A DNA stretch of 64,000 nucleotides from Glycera tridactyla (taxonomy: Eukaryota): assembly GCA_965644265.1 (NCBI GenBank), contig OZ286461.1, forward strand, positions 97,030,001 to 97,094,000. The letters run 5' to 3'. The notes beneath the pieces are model-generated. The model saw nothing but the letters and a program-made list of their open reading frames with translations, did no database searches and was not told the DNA's origin. Position numbers and translations under genes: made by a program. Within the stretch, counting starts at the first letter, position 1; each line of letters starts with the position of its first letter. Shown here one piece after another: positions 32,590 to 46,404 of the stretch.

Positions 32590-33760
32590 TCCGGTAGGGA
32601 CCCAGGAGTCTTGAATGATCCCACCATGCCCAGTATAGGACAAATGTAGCAGCCGTGACGTCAAACAAGAACCAACCAGTCGAAAATCAACCTCCAGTAT
32701 GGGTCCCAAAAGAAGGAGTCTTGAATAATCGTACCCATGGCTATTCCATGGACGTCTCGGTGTAGCCCAGGTGGTGCTGTTTGTTTGTTTATTTGGTTTT
32801 AACGTCCTTTCAACCACCTTTGGTCATATCGGATCCCAGGTTGTGCCCATGGGTCATATAACCAACATCCAGCCAACCCATGGATCATGAAACCAATCAT
32901 CCAACCGACCAAGTTTCAGGATGATTTTTCAAGAGGACCTTCGATGGTGAGACGATTGCAAAAAAATATCAAGTCGCAGCAGTCGTCCTCAAATAAGAAT
33001 CGCTTCAAGAAATTGAAACGTTTTCATGTTCGAGGCCAAAAAGGAAGCGTGTTTAACTAATATGCGTGGGCTTTTCGTTATACCTTACTGGTCATCAGAT
33101 GCAGGCCATATTTGTCTATGCTGCATGCACGTAAAATATCCGCACATGGAATTCACATTACTGTATTCACATTACTATCGGGCCCATTCAACCAACCAAC
33201 CAAAATGCTAACTGTGGCTCTCCTTGGTCAACGTTCTACGCTCCACACCAGGGCCTTGTTCGGCTGGGTGATAATTGTTTACAATTGTCGACAATCTTGC
33301 GTTCGACAATATGACGAGTCGAATGCAAGATTGTTGACAATTGTCAACGATTGTCAACCAGCGAACTTGCTCCATCACTGCTATGAGAAAGGGTCAAAGC
33401 TAATTCGGCAATCTAATGAGGCTTGCAATCTCCATGCTGGATTCAGGAGGATTCAGTACCCTGGCACTATAACAGATGTCACTGCCAATGTGCGATTTAT
33501 GTGACTCTGATTCTTCAAGTTCGAATAAACTTTGTCGTAAGAAGCCAGGAATGTAGATATTGACTTCCACTGTCGAGAAGACTGACCAAGGTTCATTTCC
33601 GTTGAGGAAATGACTGAATTTTACATCATTGCACCTTCCATTATGGATCTAGAAGGAGGAGTCTTGAATGATCCCACCAATGCACCTTGCATGAGCATCA
33701 CAATACCGCACACATGGCGCTGGCATGATGCTGAACCAGAATCAACCTACCAACAACTTG
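32590..33760 (+). mobile_element. Cluster of older diverged SINE fragments (32590-32680, 32700-32760, 33645-33760) plus an inverted tail at ~32780-32830
   Basis: GGAGTCTTGAATGATCCCACC core in each. Confidence 0.7.
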
Positions 33761-34234
33761 TTAAGGATTGCAAATGATCAAGTTTGGTTATATCCAGGCC
33801 AGTAAGTTCACTTCCCTCTCAAGTCCCAACAACTCTTGGTGGTAGAAAGCTAAGCATGTTGCTGCGCATCATCTCACTCAGGTACCCATACAGCAGGGGC
33901 CCTTTATTTTAAAATAGGAGGATTTAGTGAAAAGAAGTGACACTGCATTTATGCAAGTTGCAAGTTGTACAAAAATTTCCTAGGCTTGGAAATATCTTCT
34001 GTGTCTGCTGTGCTGACAGTTCCAAAACCTCAACCCACCCATTCTTCTATTTTTTAATTGTCGGCTACTTCTATTGACGATCATCTTGTGTTCAGGATTT
34101 GTTAAAATGTCAATTCAAGTGTAAGGTCAGTAAAAATGCAATTTTGGTCAATCCGATATCGTTCATTCCCAAGTTCATTAAGTTCACTCCTGATAAAAGT
34201 TCGTTCGACAAGGGTAAATAAATTTCATGGATTC

Positions 34235-34967
34235 TCTTTCATCTCTGCAAGATTTGCAGGGAAATCTATACTTTGTGAAACTTAGAAGACTTTCAAATAA
34301 TCAAAGATCATCAAAAGACAGTCAGACTTTGCTGGATTCCACGCCATACCGGGATTCCTGGAAATGAGGCAGCTGATAAAGCTGCCAAAACTGCTCCAGG
34401 CTTACCAGTCACCGGAATGGAAATCCACTGTTCAGATTTCAAACCACAAATGAAGCTCTACATTGACCAAATGTGGCAGAAAAAAAACGGTGATAAATTA
34501 TATCGCATCAGACCAAAATTGGAGGACATATTCCCAGTAAGACCAATGAGTGGAAGAGAGTAGATAGTTCAGTCCCGTCTGAGGATAGGACATACATATC
34601 TCACCCATTCACATCTTTTTACAAAAAGAGGTTATCCTACTTGCTTGCATTTACTGTGGACCATTACAATGTAGAGACTATGACACAACTCTTCATGGAA
34701 GTTGTTCCAACAGACATATTTGATTATTTGCATGAATTGGGAGTATCTAGACAAATATGAATCAGATGCACACTAAGCCAGTGCATGCCTACTGGGATAT
34801 CCAAGGCTGACCATGTGTATAGGAGTCTGGTCCTGTATGTACGTGAAAGAACCACTGCTGTCTTGAGAGTAGGGATGGTCCCCGGCAGTGGTGCCTCTTT
34901 TCTTCATCATTTTCAGTCTGATATAACCCAATATGGTTGAAAGGACGTTAAATCCAAACAAACAAAC
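34235..34967 (+). mobile_element. Fourth, decayed 3' fragment of the LINE
   Basis: WIPRHTGIPGNEAADKAAK-type sequence, 3' UTR, and GGACGTTAAATCC(AAAC)n tail. Confidence 0.85.
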
Positions 34968-35739
34968 TCCACCTATCCAACATGATTACGAAGTATCTAG
35001 AGCTAGCATACCCAAATATTTTAATGGCTGGAGGTTGACGCTCGAGCCTCTTGCTCAAAATGAGGTTCATGATATTTATAGTGGCCATTGATCATTCATC
35101 AAGCGAGAAAAAAGATATGGAATCCGTGAATGCAAGTGCTGGAACCACAGAAGACATATCTGGCCATCAGGACATGCTACTTCAAGCACTAGAAAATATG
35201 GAGGTGAAGCTAGCTTTGTTGAAAAATAAGTAAGCAAACGCAATAATCACATTTCCACGTACGGTGCTGAGATATGCATTTTTTCCCCTGAATCTTAACT
35301 TATGCAGACGCCAACTTTTGGAAATCAAAATTCCTGATGATTAGGCATGTACTCGAGATTTCTGCACATGAGCATGAACGCGAGCATATGCTGCTTGCAC
35401 AAATTACATGTATAATGACAAATACCAAAGGGTACTTTGGAACACACTTTTGTGCTGATTCTGATAAAATCATGCAAAGAAGCCCAATATCGATTAAAAA
35501 AAATGCATACTCACATCGAACCTTTCCAGAAATATCATCGCAACATTTCCAAACCAGCAGGGCAATCCATGATCCACAGGAGCCATCTGCAAATGTCACA
35601 ATAAGACTCAAATGTCCAACAACCACACTATGTATAGTATTTACAGAATATTGACAGGATGGTCATTTTTCAAATTGGTGTGGACAGCTTTGAAGCTGTG
35701 GCCATTTTGGCCTTTACCAACAGATCATGGATTGGAACC

Positions 35740-37035
35740 TATTGGTGACAAATATTTCCATGTGCTGCCATCAAGTTTTCTAGTCACAAGGCTCCTTGGA
35801 ATTCTAGTGCTCAGTTGGGCCTAGATTCAGTCTTTTTTTTTTCGAAAAATGCTGAAAATCCTTTCGCAGTTAGCATTGGAGTGAAACAGCACAAGAATTC
35901 CTGCATCCATTTCCATCTTTGAGGAGGCTGATGGCATGCCAAGCCTTGTTAATGGTGTCATTCGTAATATCTTTTTCAAAGTGGGATATCTGGTAGTTGG
36001 AAAACTCTGTCTGAACTTCAACCTGAGAAGTATTAGCACCAGCACCAGGCATTAAGCAAGGATGCTTCTTGATGGAAGAACACAAAAGAGAAATTTTGCT
36101 CACTTCCTCTGGTGAAATCTGCACAGCAGCATAAGGAAACTTCTTGATCATATAATCACATGCTGTAGTGTAGAATTTTCTGACAGAAGAATAGAACCCT
36201 GTTTGTTGGTATGCTCCTTCAGAAATTTCCTGGCTTCAGCACCTTTGAAGAGGCTATCTTTTTTCCGGTGTGATGCATTCTTGTAATCAATATCGTACAC
36301 TGGATGTGGTTTGAACGACTAAGTGACATTCGCTGTAGGTTTCAGGAACTCAGTCATGATGTCAATCAGCTTTTGCATAAGGACACTGTGAAGCAGGTGA
36401 ATTTGGGAGCATCTTCCTGTAGGATGACATTTTCTTGTTCAAAGAGTGGAATGAGAGCCTTCGGAAACAGACAATACAAATGTGTATTCCTGAATCTTGC
36501 ACTATCTTTATCTTACCAAATGCAGGGCACTGTTTCCTCATCTGCTCATTCTTTCAGCCTCCTCTCTATAGCCTTCTTCCCTTGAAGTTTGGACTGTGAA
36601 AATATATACTGTGTCAAATCAAGAGACCGAAATAGGTTTTATGGCTTCCTTTACTTTGGTAGTCTTCTTGTCTTCGGCAACCTGTTTGTGTGAGCTTGAA
36701 GATGGAGCTGGTATATTGACTACTTTCACGCTTTTATCACTTGCCTTCTTTGTCTTCTAATATTCTACCCCAAAGAATATCTGCAGAGGTTCCCACTGCT
36801 TCAACAAGCAGTCCAGGCATACTCCAAGAGACTGCCATCTGGTGCTATCATGTCTCGGTATCTTCCTTACATCAACACCAAAAAGCTCCTAAAGTGAGCG
36901 TAAATCTTGGTTCCCATTGCTGGACTTGTCGAGATAATAAAATGTCTTTGTCAAAATGACATACAAATCCATGGGTAGCTTTCTGGCAGCTTTCTCACCA
37001 GCGATATACATGATGTGACATGGACAACCCAGAAT
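35740..37035 (-). pseudogene. Second, decayed hAT transposase of a different family
   Basis: GCPCHIMYIAGEKAARKL..., YYLDKSSN...RKIPRHDSTRWQSLGVCLDCLLKQWEPLQIFF, and C-terminal HSNANCERIFSIFRKKK, with multiple stops and frameshifts. Confidence 0.85.
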
Positions 37036-37390
37036 ACATAACAGATAACAATTTTCTTTATTTGCTCAAGCACACAGAGGGTGGTGGCCTATATCATCCG
37101 GGCTAGAGCTCCGGTATACACACGTAATCAAATTTATTAGAATACTCCCCCATTACCAATCAATTAGAAATTCTATATGTAAGTGCAAATGTATCTACAA
37201 TTATTACCAGACTACTTAATCAAGGCACCATAGAATGTGGTAAAAATCGTGATATAAACAAAGGTGGTTAAAGTATGTTAAATCACAATCAAACAAACGC
37301 CTAAATCGTAATGGTTGGCATCTCTGCAGTAGTAGTGATATATCTCGTATCAAAGCTGAGTGAAGATTATTTCAAACTGGGCACTTCTAC

Positions 37391-37553
37391 CATGGCGCCT
37401 TGGGTGTTTGTGATTTTCATATCATTTCACCTTCCGTTGGGGACCCAGAAGGAGGAGTCTTGGAAGATCCCACCCATGCCCATTGCATGGGCGTCACAAT
37501 ATAGCCCAGACGGTGCTTACGTGACGTTAAACCAGAACCAACCAACCAACCAA
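37391..37553 (+). mobile_element. Same SINE
   Basis: Near-identical body and (AACC)n tail. Confidence 0.85.
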
Positions 37554-38146
37554 GCTGATCAGTACCTGGGTACCCTGTTGCATGCAGTTTTATGGGTGTG
37601 AAATATTGTGCCATCTTTTACAAATCACTGATTTTGCCCATACTGATTTTGGATTATGGTGATACTATATATAGTTCGGCCAATGCTACTCTATCAAATG
37701 AATAATAATGCGAAATGCTCTGAAGCCTGCAGGATCATTTTGTGAGCTCCCAAGATTAAATTCAGTGGAACCGATTCGTAACTCTCCAAAAATCATGGTA
37801 GTATCAAGCATGTGCAATTTGCCATATTGTCTACAAATGTGTCACTGGTTTGTGTCATATGATGACACAATTAAGAAATTATGTTACTTGTTTAGGGCAA
37901 GCGCTACTAACCCAATAAAAGTTCTATACAGTTCACACGAAATCATTGAGAATCGGAATCTGTGATATTTTCCTTACATGAATAAAGATTTTCCACAACA
38001 ACAATCATTCAGATATTGTTAGGGACTAAAAGAGCAGGATAATAATACTGGTTTCAGATTGAATTTCTATTCAGACACGTATATAAATAAGACTTATGAT
38101 CTCATTCTCCGCTTAGAGAACAGAGGGTTTCAGAGAATTCTCCTTC

Positions 38147-41100
38147 TGTCGTGGTTTTAGAGCAAATAAGCATGAATTAGATTTATTAGTAGCTAAATAT
38201 TGCCCAGCAGTGATATGTCTCCAGGAAACCTTCATGCAAAAAGATATCGAACTCCGTGGATATGTTACCTATGATATAAAAGCCACCATTGATCATGCCA
38301 ACCGACCGCATGGAGGTGTGGCTCTGCTTGTCAGGCAAAACATCCCGCAATCACAGATTCCACTGACTACAACTTTGAAGGCAGTGGCTACTAGAATCAC
38401 ATTGGATAGAACAATCTCAATTTGTTCAGTATATCTTCCCCCTAGTGAAACTAAGACTGTGGGTAAACTCAATAGACTTCATGATCAACTACCAGCCTCA
38501 GCCATAATGCTGGGGATTTTAATGCACATAATGCTATATGGGGAGGAATTAATTCTGACTCTAGGGGTGATAGGGTTGAAGAATTTATCAACCATAAAAA
38601 CCTAAGTATTTGGAATGATGGTGCCCCCACCTATTTTCATCCGGGGAGTGGATCTTTCACTTCTATTGACCTCTCCATTTGCCATTCATCTCTTCTGCTA
38701 GTCTTTACCTGGCAGACAGAAACTGATCCACATGGCAGTGACCATTTCCCTATCATACTGAGTAATGACAACAAGATCCCTGACAGGCTACCAACATGGA
38801 ATCTCACAAAAGCAAACTGGACTATGTATGACAGTCTCTGTAAGGAAAAATTATCCAGTGTGGACATTTTGAGTGCAGATGATCCCATTCAAAACTTCAG
38901 AGATAATGCAAGGTGTAGCATTACAAGCTATTCCCAAGACCTCTCCTTATCAAGGACAGGCTTCCAAACCATGGTTCAACGATGATTGCAGAGAAGCTAT
39001 TGATGAAAGGAAACAAGCCCTGAAAGACTTCTCCAGAAGACTTGCTGTGGACTTATTGACTGAGTACAAAGTACTGAAGGCAAGGTCACGTAGGACATGT
39101 CGCAGCAGTAAGCGCTACTGTTGGAGGGGGTTTGTATCAGGACTTAATTCAAACACCCATCAATAAGGCTTGGAACATGATTCAACGAATCCGTGGAAAG
39201 GGTAGAGGCCCATGAATCCACCATCTAAAAAAAAGATGATCATCTGATCACACAACCTCAGGATATTTCGGAATCACTGGCATCACAGTTTGCACAAAAT
39301 TCATCTTCTGAAAATCACTCAGAGGAATTTCAAAATTATAAAGAAAAGGCTGAAGGAAAACAACTTGATTTAACATCTGATAATACAGAAGAATATAATC
39401 AGCTCTTTTCGATGAGTGAACTAGAAACTGCATTGAATGCATCCCATGATACCTCCCCAGGGCAAGATGACGTCCATTATCAAATGCTGAGACATCTGCC
39501 AGCCTGCTCTTTGCAACTGATGCTTGATATATTTAACCAAATTTGGGAGACTGGATGCTTTCCCACTTCATGGGCAGAAGCCATCGTCATCCCCATAGCA
39601 AAGCCAGGTAAGGATCCATTCGATCCTGTAAATTACAGACCAATAGCACTCACAAGCTGTTTCTGTAAGACCATGGAAAGAATGATGAGTGAGAGGTTGG
39701 TTTGGTACTTGGAGTCGAATGACTTGCTAACACCATATCAGAGTGGTTTCCAGAAGGGCAGAAATACACTTGACAACCTGATAAGGTTTGAGACATTTGT
39801 TCGTGAGGCCTTTGTTCAGAAGCAGCACTTAGTTGCAGTTTTCTTTGACATGGAGAAGGCCTATCACACCACCTGGAAATATGGAATTATGAAAGATCTA
39901 TTCAAAATGAACCTTAGAGTCAGAATGCCCATTTTCATAGAGAAATTTTTGAGGGATCGGTCTTTCCGTGTCCGAGTTGGATCAACCTTCTCAGATAATT
40001 TCGACCAGGAAATAGGGTTCCCACAAGATAGCATTTTATCAGTTACCCTTTTCAGCATTAAAATGAATAGTATCGTTGAATGTCTCTCCCAGGACACCAA
40101 TTGCTCTTTATATGTAGATGACTTTCTTATCTGCTATGGAGCTAGACAAGTTCGGGTAGTAAGGGGAAACTACAGCAAACCCTATACAAACTTCAAGACT
40201 GGGCGGACAGGAATGGCTTTAAATTTTCTGAAACCAAAACAGTTTGCATGCATTTCTGTAGATCGACAAGGCATCACGATGAACCTGAGCTCTTCCTGGG
40301 TGGATCAGCAATACCAGTAGTGGAACAAACAAAGTTTCTAGGACTGGTCTTTGACCGACGATTGACTTTCAAACCCCATATTCAGCAACTCAAAGTCAAA
40401 TGTCTCCGGGCACTTGACATGCTGAAGGTGCTATCTCACCGGGACTGGGGAGCTGACCGGGAGACCCTGCTTGTGGTTTACAGATCTCTTATTCGATCTA
40501 AATTAGATTATGGTTGCATGATTTATGGCTCTGCATGCCCAACCAACCTCAAAATGCTTGATACAGTCCATAACCAAGCTTTACGCATATGCCTCCAAGC
40601 TTTTCGGACATCACCTACTGAAAGCCTCCATGTGGAAGCCAATGAACCTTCACTTCATCTACGAAGGATAAAGTTGGGTCTCCAGTACTGTCTGAAATTG
40701 AAAGCGAACTCATCAAATCCAACACATGAGAGTGTCTTCAGGCCTAAATATAAACAGGAATTTCAAGAAAATCTCAACATCATTGCTCCTCTTGAAATAA
40801 GATTCGAAAATCACTTTGGAAGTTTTGACTTTGACACACTCCCAATATCACAGATGGATCCTGCGCAGATTGCGGACTGGGACTGTGACATTCCACAAAC
40901 ACATCTGGACTTGACTCAGTCCACAAAGGAGAACACCCATCGCCCTGTCTGAAATGGCACCTTGTGTGTCTGTGATTTTCATATCATTTCACCTTCCGTT
41001 TGGGACCCAGAAGGAGGAGTCTTGGAAGATCCCACCCATGCCCATTGCATGGGCGTCACAATATAGCCCAAACGGTGCTGACGTGACGTTAAATCAGAAC

Positions 41101-41772
41101 CAACCAACCAACCAACCAACCCATCGCTATACAAAAGTAGATACCTAGAGATTAGGTCACGTTATAGTGATCATGAGGCCATCTTCACAGATGGATCCAA
41201 ATGTGACAGCAAAGCATCTGCAGCTGTTTATACAGAATCACAAACTTATTACTGCAGATTACCTGATTGGTCAACAGTGTTCTCAGCTGAGCTGAGGGTC
41301 TTACTAATGGCTTTCAAATACTTATCAAGGTCGGAAAAACAAAAGTTCATAATTTTCACAGACTCCCTGTCGTCTCTGCAGGCCTTGCAGGGAAATTTCT
41401 GGAACTGTATACTCTTGCAAATCTTCCAAGTGTATCAAATAATCAAAGATAATCAAAAGACTGTTAGACTTTGCTGGATTCTGGGCCATATTGGAATTCC
41501 TGGAAATGAGGCAGCCGATAAAGCGGCCAAAAGGGCTAATTGCTTTGCATGCGGAACCCAGTGCATGCCGACTGGGATATCAAAGGCCCTCCATGTTGAT
41601 AGGAGTCTTTTCCTTGACGCATGTTAAAGATCCACTGCTGTCTTTTGCAAAGAGTAGGGACGGCCCCCGGCAGGCAGTGACTCTTGTCTTCAGCATTTTC
41701 AGTTTTTCAGTCCGATATAACCCAAGTGGGTTTAAGTGACGTTAAACTTAAACAAACAAACAAACAAACAAA
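38147..41772 (+). mobile_element. Second copy of the same LINE, near-complete but frameshifted ORF2 including the APE endonuclease
   Basis: CRGFRANKHELDLL...ICLQETF...GGVALLVR...SVYLPP (APE), then RT and RNase H fragments nearly identical to 17960-21174. (AAAC)n tail, 7-bp TSD CTCCTTC (38140-38146, 41773-41779), SINE insertion at 40944-41118, and two internal deletions near the 3' end. Confidence 0.93.
40944..41118 (+). mobile_element. Same SINE inserted in LINE copy 2
   Basis: ACCCATCGC is duplicated at 40935-40943 and 41119-41127; (AACC)n tail. Confidence 0.88.
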
Positions 41773-42039
41773 CTCCTTCACAGTTAGCATCATTCAAAGG
41801 GGTAATGAGTGCAATTTTGCCAGTGAAATCAGCTTTTGGAAAGTGTCATCATGATATGCGCTGTGTAGTTACCATAATTTATGTGGACATCTCTAGGACA
41901 TCCAAAGTGATTGTCTGTAGTTTCAATATGTTTCTTTCCGAATTCTGGATCACTGTTGAAGTGGAACCATCTGAGGGCAAGGCAGCTAAATGATGTAGCC
42001 ACTAAAGTGTGATCTCCTGAAAGACCTTTTTACAACCAC

Positions 42040-43523
42040 TTATTCGATCTAAATTAGATTATGGGTGCATGATTTATGGCTCTGCGTGCCCCACCAACCT
42101 CAAAATGCTTGATACAGTCCATAATCGAGCTTTACGCATCTGCCTCCGAGCTTTCCAGACATCACCTACTGAAAGCCTCCATGTGGAAGCCAATGTACCC
42201 TCACTATGTCTATGAAGGATAAAGTTAGGTCTCCAGTACTGTCTGAAATTGGAAGCAAACCCATCAATTCCAACACACGAGAGTGTCTTCAGGCCGAAAT
42301 AGAAAAAAAATTCAAGAAAATCCCAACGTCATTGCTCCTCTCAGAATAAGATTCGAAAATCACTTTGGAGGGTGTGACTTTGACACACTCCCAATATCAC
42401 AGCTGGATCCTGCTCAGATTGCAGACCCGGGCTGTGACATTCCACAAATGCATCTGTACTCCACAAAGGAGATCACCAAATCATCACTATACAGAAGTAG
42501 ATACCTAGAGATTAGGTCACATCATAGTGATCATGAGGCAATTTTCACTGATGGAAAGCATCTGCAGCTGTTTATGCAGAATCACAAACCTATTACTGCA
42601 GGTCACCTGATTGGTCAACAATGTTTTCAGCTGAACTGAGGGCCTAACATATGGCTTTCAAATACATATCAAGGTAAAAAAAAAACAGAAGTTCATAATT
42701 TTCACAGACTCCGTGTCATCTCTGCAGGCCTTGCAGGGAAATCTCAGGAACTGTGAATTCTTGCAAATCTTAGAAGAGTATCAAATAATCAAAGATCATC
42801 AGAAGACTGTAAGACTGCTGGATTCCAAGCCATATTGGAATTCCTGGTAATGTGGCAGCTGATAATGCGGCCAAAAAAGCTCTAGGTTTGCCAGTCACTG
42901 AGATGGAGATCCACTATCCAGACTTCAAACCAAGAATAAAGCTCTACATTGACCAACTCTGGCAGAATGAATGGGGAATCAAAAAGCGAAATGAATTATA
43001 TCGCATAAGACCAAAACTGGAGGACAGATTCCCTGTGAGAACTATGAATAGAAGAGAGGAGATAGTACTTTCCTGTCTGAGGATAGGACATACATATCTC
43101 ACCCATTCACACCTACTGAAAAAACAAGGCAATCATAATTGCTTTGCATGCGGGTGCCATCTCACAGTCAAACATCTATTGCTCGACTGTAGAACACTAT
43201 CACAAACTAGAGTAAAGCATTACACTGTTGAAAATATGACACAACTTTTCATGGAAGTTGATCCAGCAGACATGTTTGATTATTTGCATGAATTGGGAGT
43301 ATTTAGGCAGATATGAATCATATACATGCCGACTGGGCTATTAAAGGCTGGTTGTGTTTATAGGAGTCTGATCCTGTACCCACGTAAAAGAACCACCGCT
43401 GTCTTTTGCAAAGAGTAGGGATGGCCCCCGGCAGTGGTGCCTCTTTTCTTCTTCATTTTCAGTTTTTTCAGTCTATGACCAGAGGTGGTTAAAAGGACGT
43501 TCAACCTAAACAAACAAACAAAC
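42040..43523 (+). mobile_element. Third, more diverged 3' fragment of the LINE
   Basis: RSKLDYGC...; RNase H and C-terminal region (ORF 42852-43316); 3' UTR and (AAAC)n tail. Confidence 0.9.
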
Positions 43524-44146
43524 TAATCACAAAAATTGTTTCGAGGTTCTTCAACTTTCTCAGCTTATTCAGGTGTAACTTGATTTCTTCGAAGAATGGC
43601 ATGCCGTCATGTTTGGTCGGTGATCCATAAAACTCTTTCTTATGATAGCTCTTCCCCACTCTTGCCTTCCTAACATCTGCAAGATCAGTATCGGGTGAGA
43701 GGATAGAATGTCCAGCTTATACAAAGTTGCACAGAACCGGTTATCGGTCATTGTCTTCCTTATCTCTTGTTATTCACTATCTTTTTGACGAGCAAAATAC
43801 TTGCAGTCTGCGGCATGATATACTGCTTCTAATTCCTTATAAAACGAAAGCCACCGAATTATATGTAATTGAACCCCTTTGATGTGGAGCCATATTTCAT
43901 TCTGTCCGACTGTTTAGATTTTGGTTCATGTCACTCCATTTTCCAGGTCACATGAGGCCAAAAGGTCACAAAGAGTTTGGCGACCAAAAAAGTAAAACCT
44001 TCAACTCTGTCTGTATTGTGACCTCTCCGAAATGAACAATGCTTTTTTGACTTTCGTTGTTATGTAAATCTCCCATAATTGACAATGCTTCTATTGTCCA
44101 ATAGGATACTTCAGTCCGAAATGACCCATGTGGTGTCGAAAGGACG

Positions 44147-44314
44147 AAATGACACCTTGCGTGTCTGTGAATTTCATAAATTTTCGCCTTTTGTTGGGGA
44201 CCCAGAAGGAGGAGTCTTGAATGATCCCACCCATGCCCATTGCATGGGCGTCACAATATAGCCCAGATGGAGCTGACGTGACGTTAAACCCCCAACAAAA
44301 CAAAACAAACAAAA
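44147..44314 (+). mobile_element. ~168-bp SINE-like retroposon (type copy)
   Basis: 12-bp TSD GTCGAAAGGACG (44135-44146, 44315-44326). It starts AAATGACACC and ends GTGACGTTAAACCCCC(AAAAC)n. Confidence 0.9.
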
Positions 44315-45994
44315 GTCGAAAGGACGTTAAACAATACACAATCGTGTTATGTTAGACCTCTTCGTAATGTATAACTATTCTGAAGTCCTTCATCATGACT
44401 ATCGTTCATTTCATCTACTCCTCTGCTCTCCTCAAACGCAAGCACACCCCATTTCCTTCCCTGTGTGTGATCATAGCAAGAAATTATGGGGTGTTGTCCC
44501 GACAAGTTATACACCACGAGGTGTGTATTGTCAGTATAATTCACGAGGCCTTCAGCCTTACATTCTAACAAATAAAAGCAAACCCCAATTGAATTGGCAT
44601 GCTTCATGAGTCATTTGTTCTTTAAAAATATCACGATTTGTCATGCTAATTGAAGGCTGTCAGCTCATCTGAGTGGAATTCAGTCTATTTGTTGATTCCA
44701 TTTATCCCATCATGAACCTCATATATGGAACGTACGGGAGTTACAATATATAACAAACATGAACTAATAAGCCGAATGTCACTTATAACGAGCTACAGTC
44801 CTACAGTAGTCTTGTCAAACAGGGCAGATCATAGGGAAACCATCAATGTATTATTTGTTTGTGTAGCACCAAAATTCATGACATGCAATCAGAAATTGAA
44901 TGGATCACGAATCATTTTATTGACATGAACTTTGCCAGATGAGCTGCCTGTCGATCCGTGTCTATTTCAAATGGGATCCATTTCATGCCGCGTTAAACTC
45001 AAACAAACAGTCAAGCATCCAGTATACTTTCTCCTCTGTCACTGTCTTTAAGTCTCTAATTTTCACTGTTGCTTCAATCCAGAAGTGTTGCAGCAATATG
45101 AGAGCATGCCTCTCCCAATCCAGCAATTCAATAGCAGTGTGCTTTGTGGATCTGGCCATTTTTCAAAGGGATGAGCCACACTGTCAATGCTTTTCCAGTC
45201 ATCCTCTGATAATGCATCACTCGAAATATCAACCAAGAAAACTTTTGTTTAGGGAAATCAACTAGATCAAATCATGTACATTTAGGGAGTCTTCACGAAA
45301 AACTTTTTTTCAGCCACTCTCCATTTTCTTCTGTACCCAACTGGGTGTATGGTTGTGTCACTTGGTGTTCGTTTTCATATAACTCAACGATTCTTTATTT
45401 GTTTTGTTTTTTATGTTTTTTTATGATGCATAGTGACATTTTTTGGGGGGTTGTCTTGGCATTTCCTGCTATTTCTGCTTTGAGGAGTGCGTTGGCTTTC
45501 CGGGTTTCAGCATGGACTTTGTTCCTGGTTTTCGCATATTCCTTATATTTCCCTTCATCTTTTGTTTCTAGTAACCGCTGTCATGCCCTTTGCTTTTTCT
45601 GAGTTCGTTTCCTGATACAGGTACTGCACCTTTTCTCTTGAAATCACCCGTGATTAGCTGATGAGATGTATCAGACAGATATTTCATGTATAACATAATT
45701 CAGCTTTGTATCAGTATCATTTGATGAATTTTTGCTGCGGTAGATAGCTGCTACCATCATCAAATCTTTGCAGTTCAGTTTCACTTGGTAAATTGAATTC
45801 TTGAGAAACTATTTCTAGTACTTCACCATAGATCTACTCAAAGTACTTGGCTACTATTCCTTCTCGATGGTTAATCACTATATTCAATGTTGAACTATTT
45901 CACATTTCAGTGCTGGTTTCTGGTGTACAAGATCTGTATCTGGCCAATATTGTGTAGGTGATCACTGGTGATAGATCATCAACCAACAAGTAAA

Positions 45995-46404
45995 CATCTC
46001 CCTCCCTGGAGAAGTGAGGACGAACACACGATCATCAAGAAATAAGCCACATGAGCTACAGTTCTGCCACTTGCAAACCCGAGTGAACTGCTACAAATAT
46101 AGCATCTTCCCACGGATTGTCCCCGTATGGAATCAGCTACCACTAGCAGCAGTCTCTGCAACTACCACAACGACCTTCAGGAAGCATGCGATGCCGGTCA
46201 TCATCACGTTGACCCAGCTTCCTGGGTCTGGACGTGTGTAGTGTCCCATGGCGCCCCAACTACACCCACATGTACATATGATTTTAATCGATGTTTGGAG
46301 TTGGTTTTAAACTGCACAGTTGGTGGCGTCGTCTGCACCCAGCCATCTCCGGGACAGCGCCAGCTTGTAGGAGATTACCGACTCAAGACTCAAGACTCAA
46401 GACT
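45995..46404 (+). mobile_element. 3' fragment of a CR1/L2-group LINE
   Basis: TRSSRNKPHELQF...YKYSIFPRIVPVWNQLP...TFRK is the typical CR1/L2 ORF2 end; (CAAGACT)n tandem tail at ~46384-46404. Confidence 0.75.

Noticed and set aside
44147-44314. Hammerhead, HDV or twister ribozyme in the SINE
   Set aside because: I could not find CUGANGA/GAAA cores or an HDV nested double pseudoknot by eye. It is left as a test, not a call.
44700-45900. Possible decayed transposase on the minus strand
   Set aside because: There are stop-riddled, protein-like stretches but no motif I can name.
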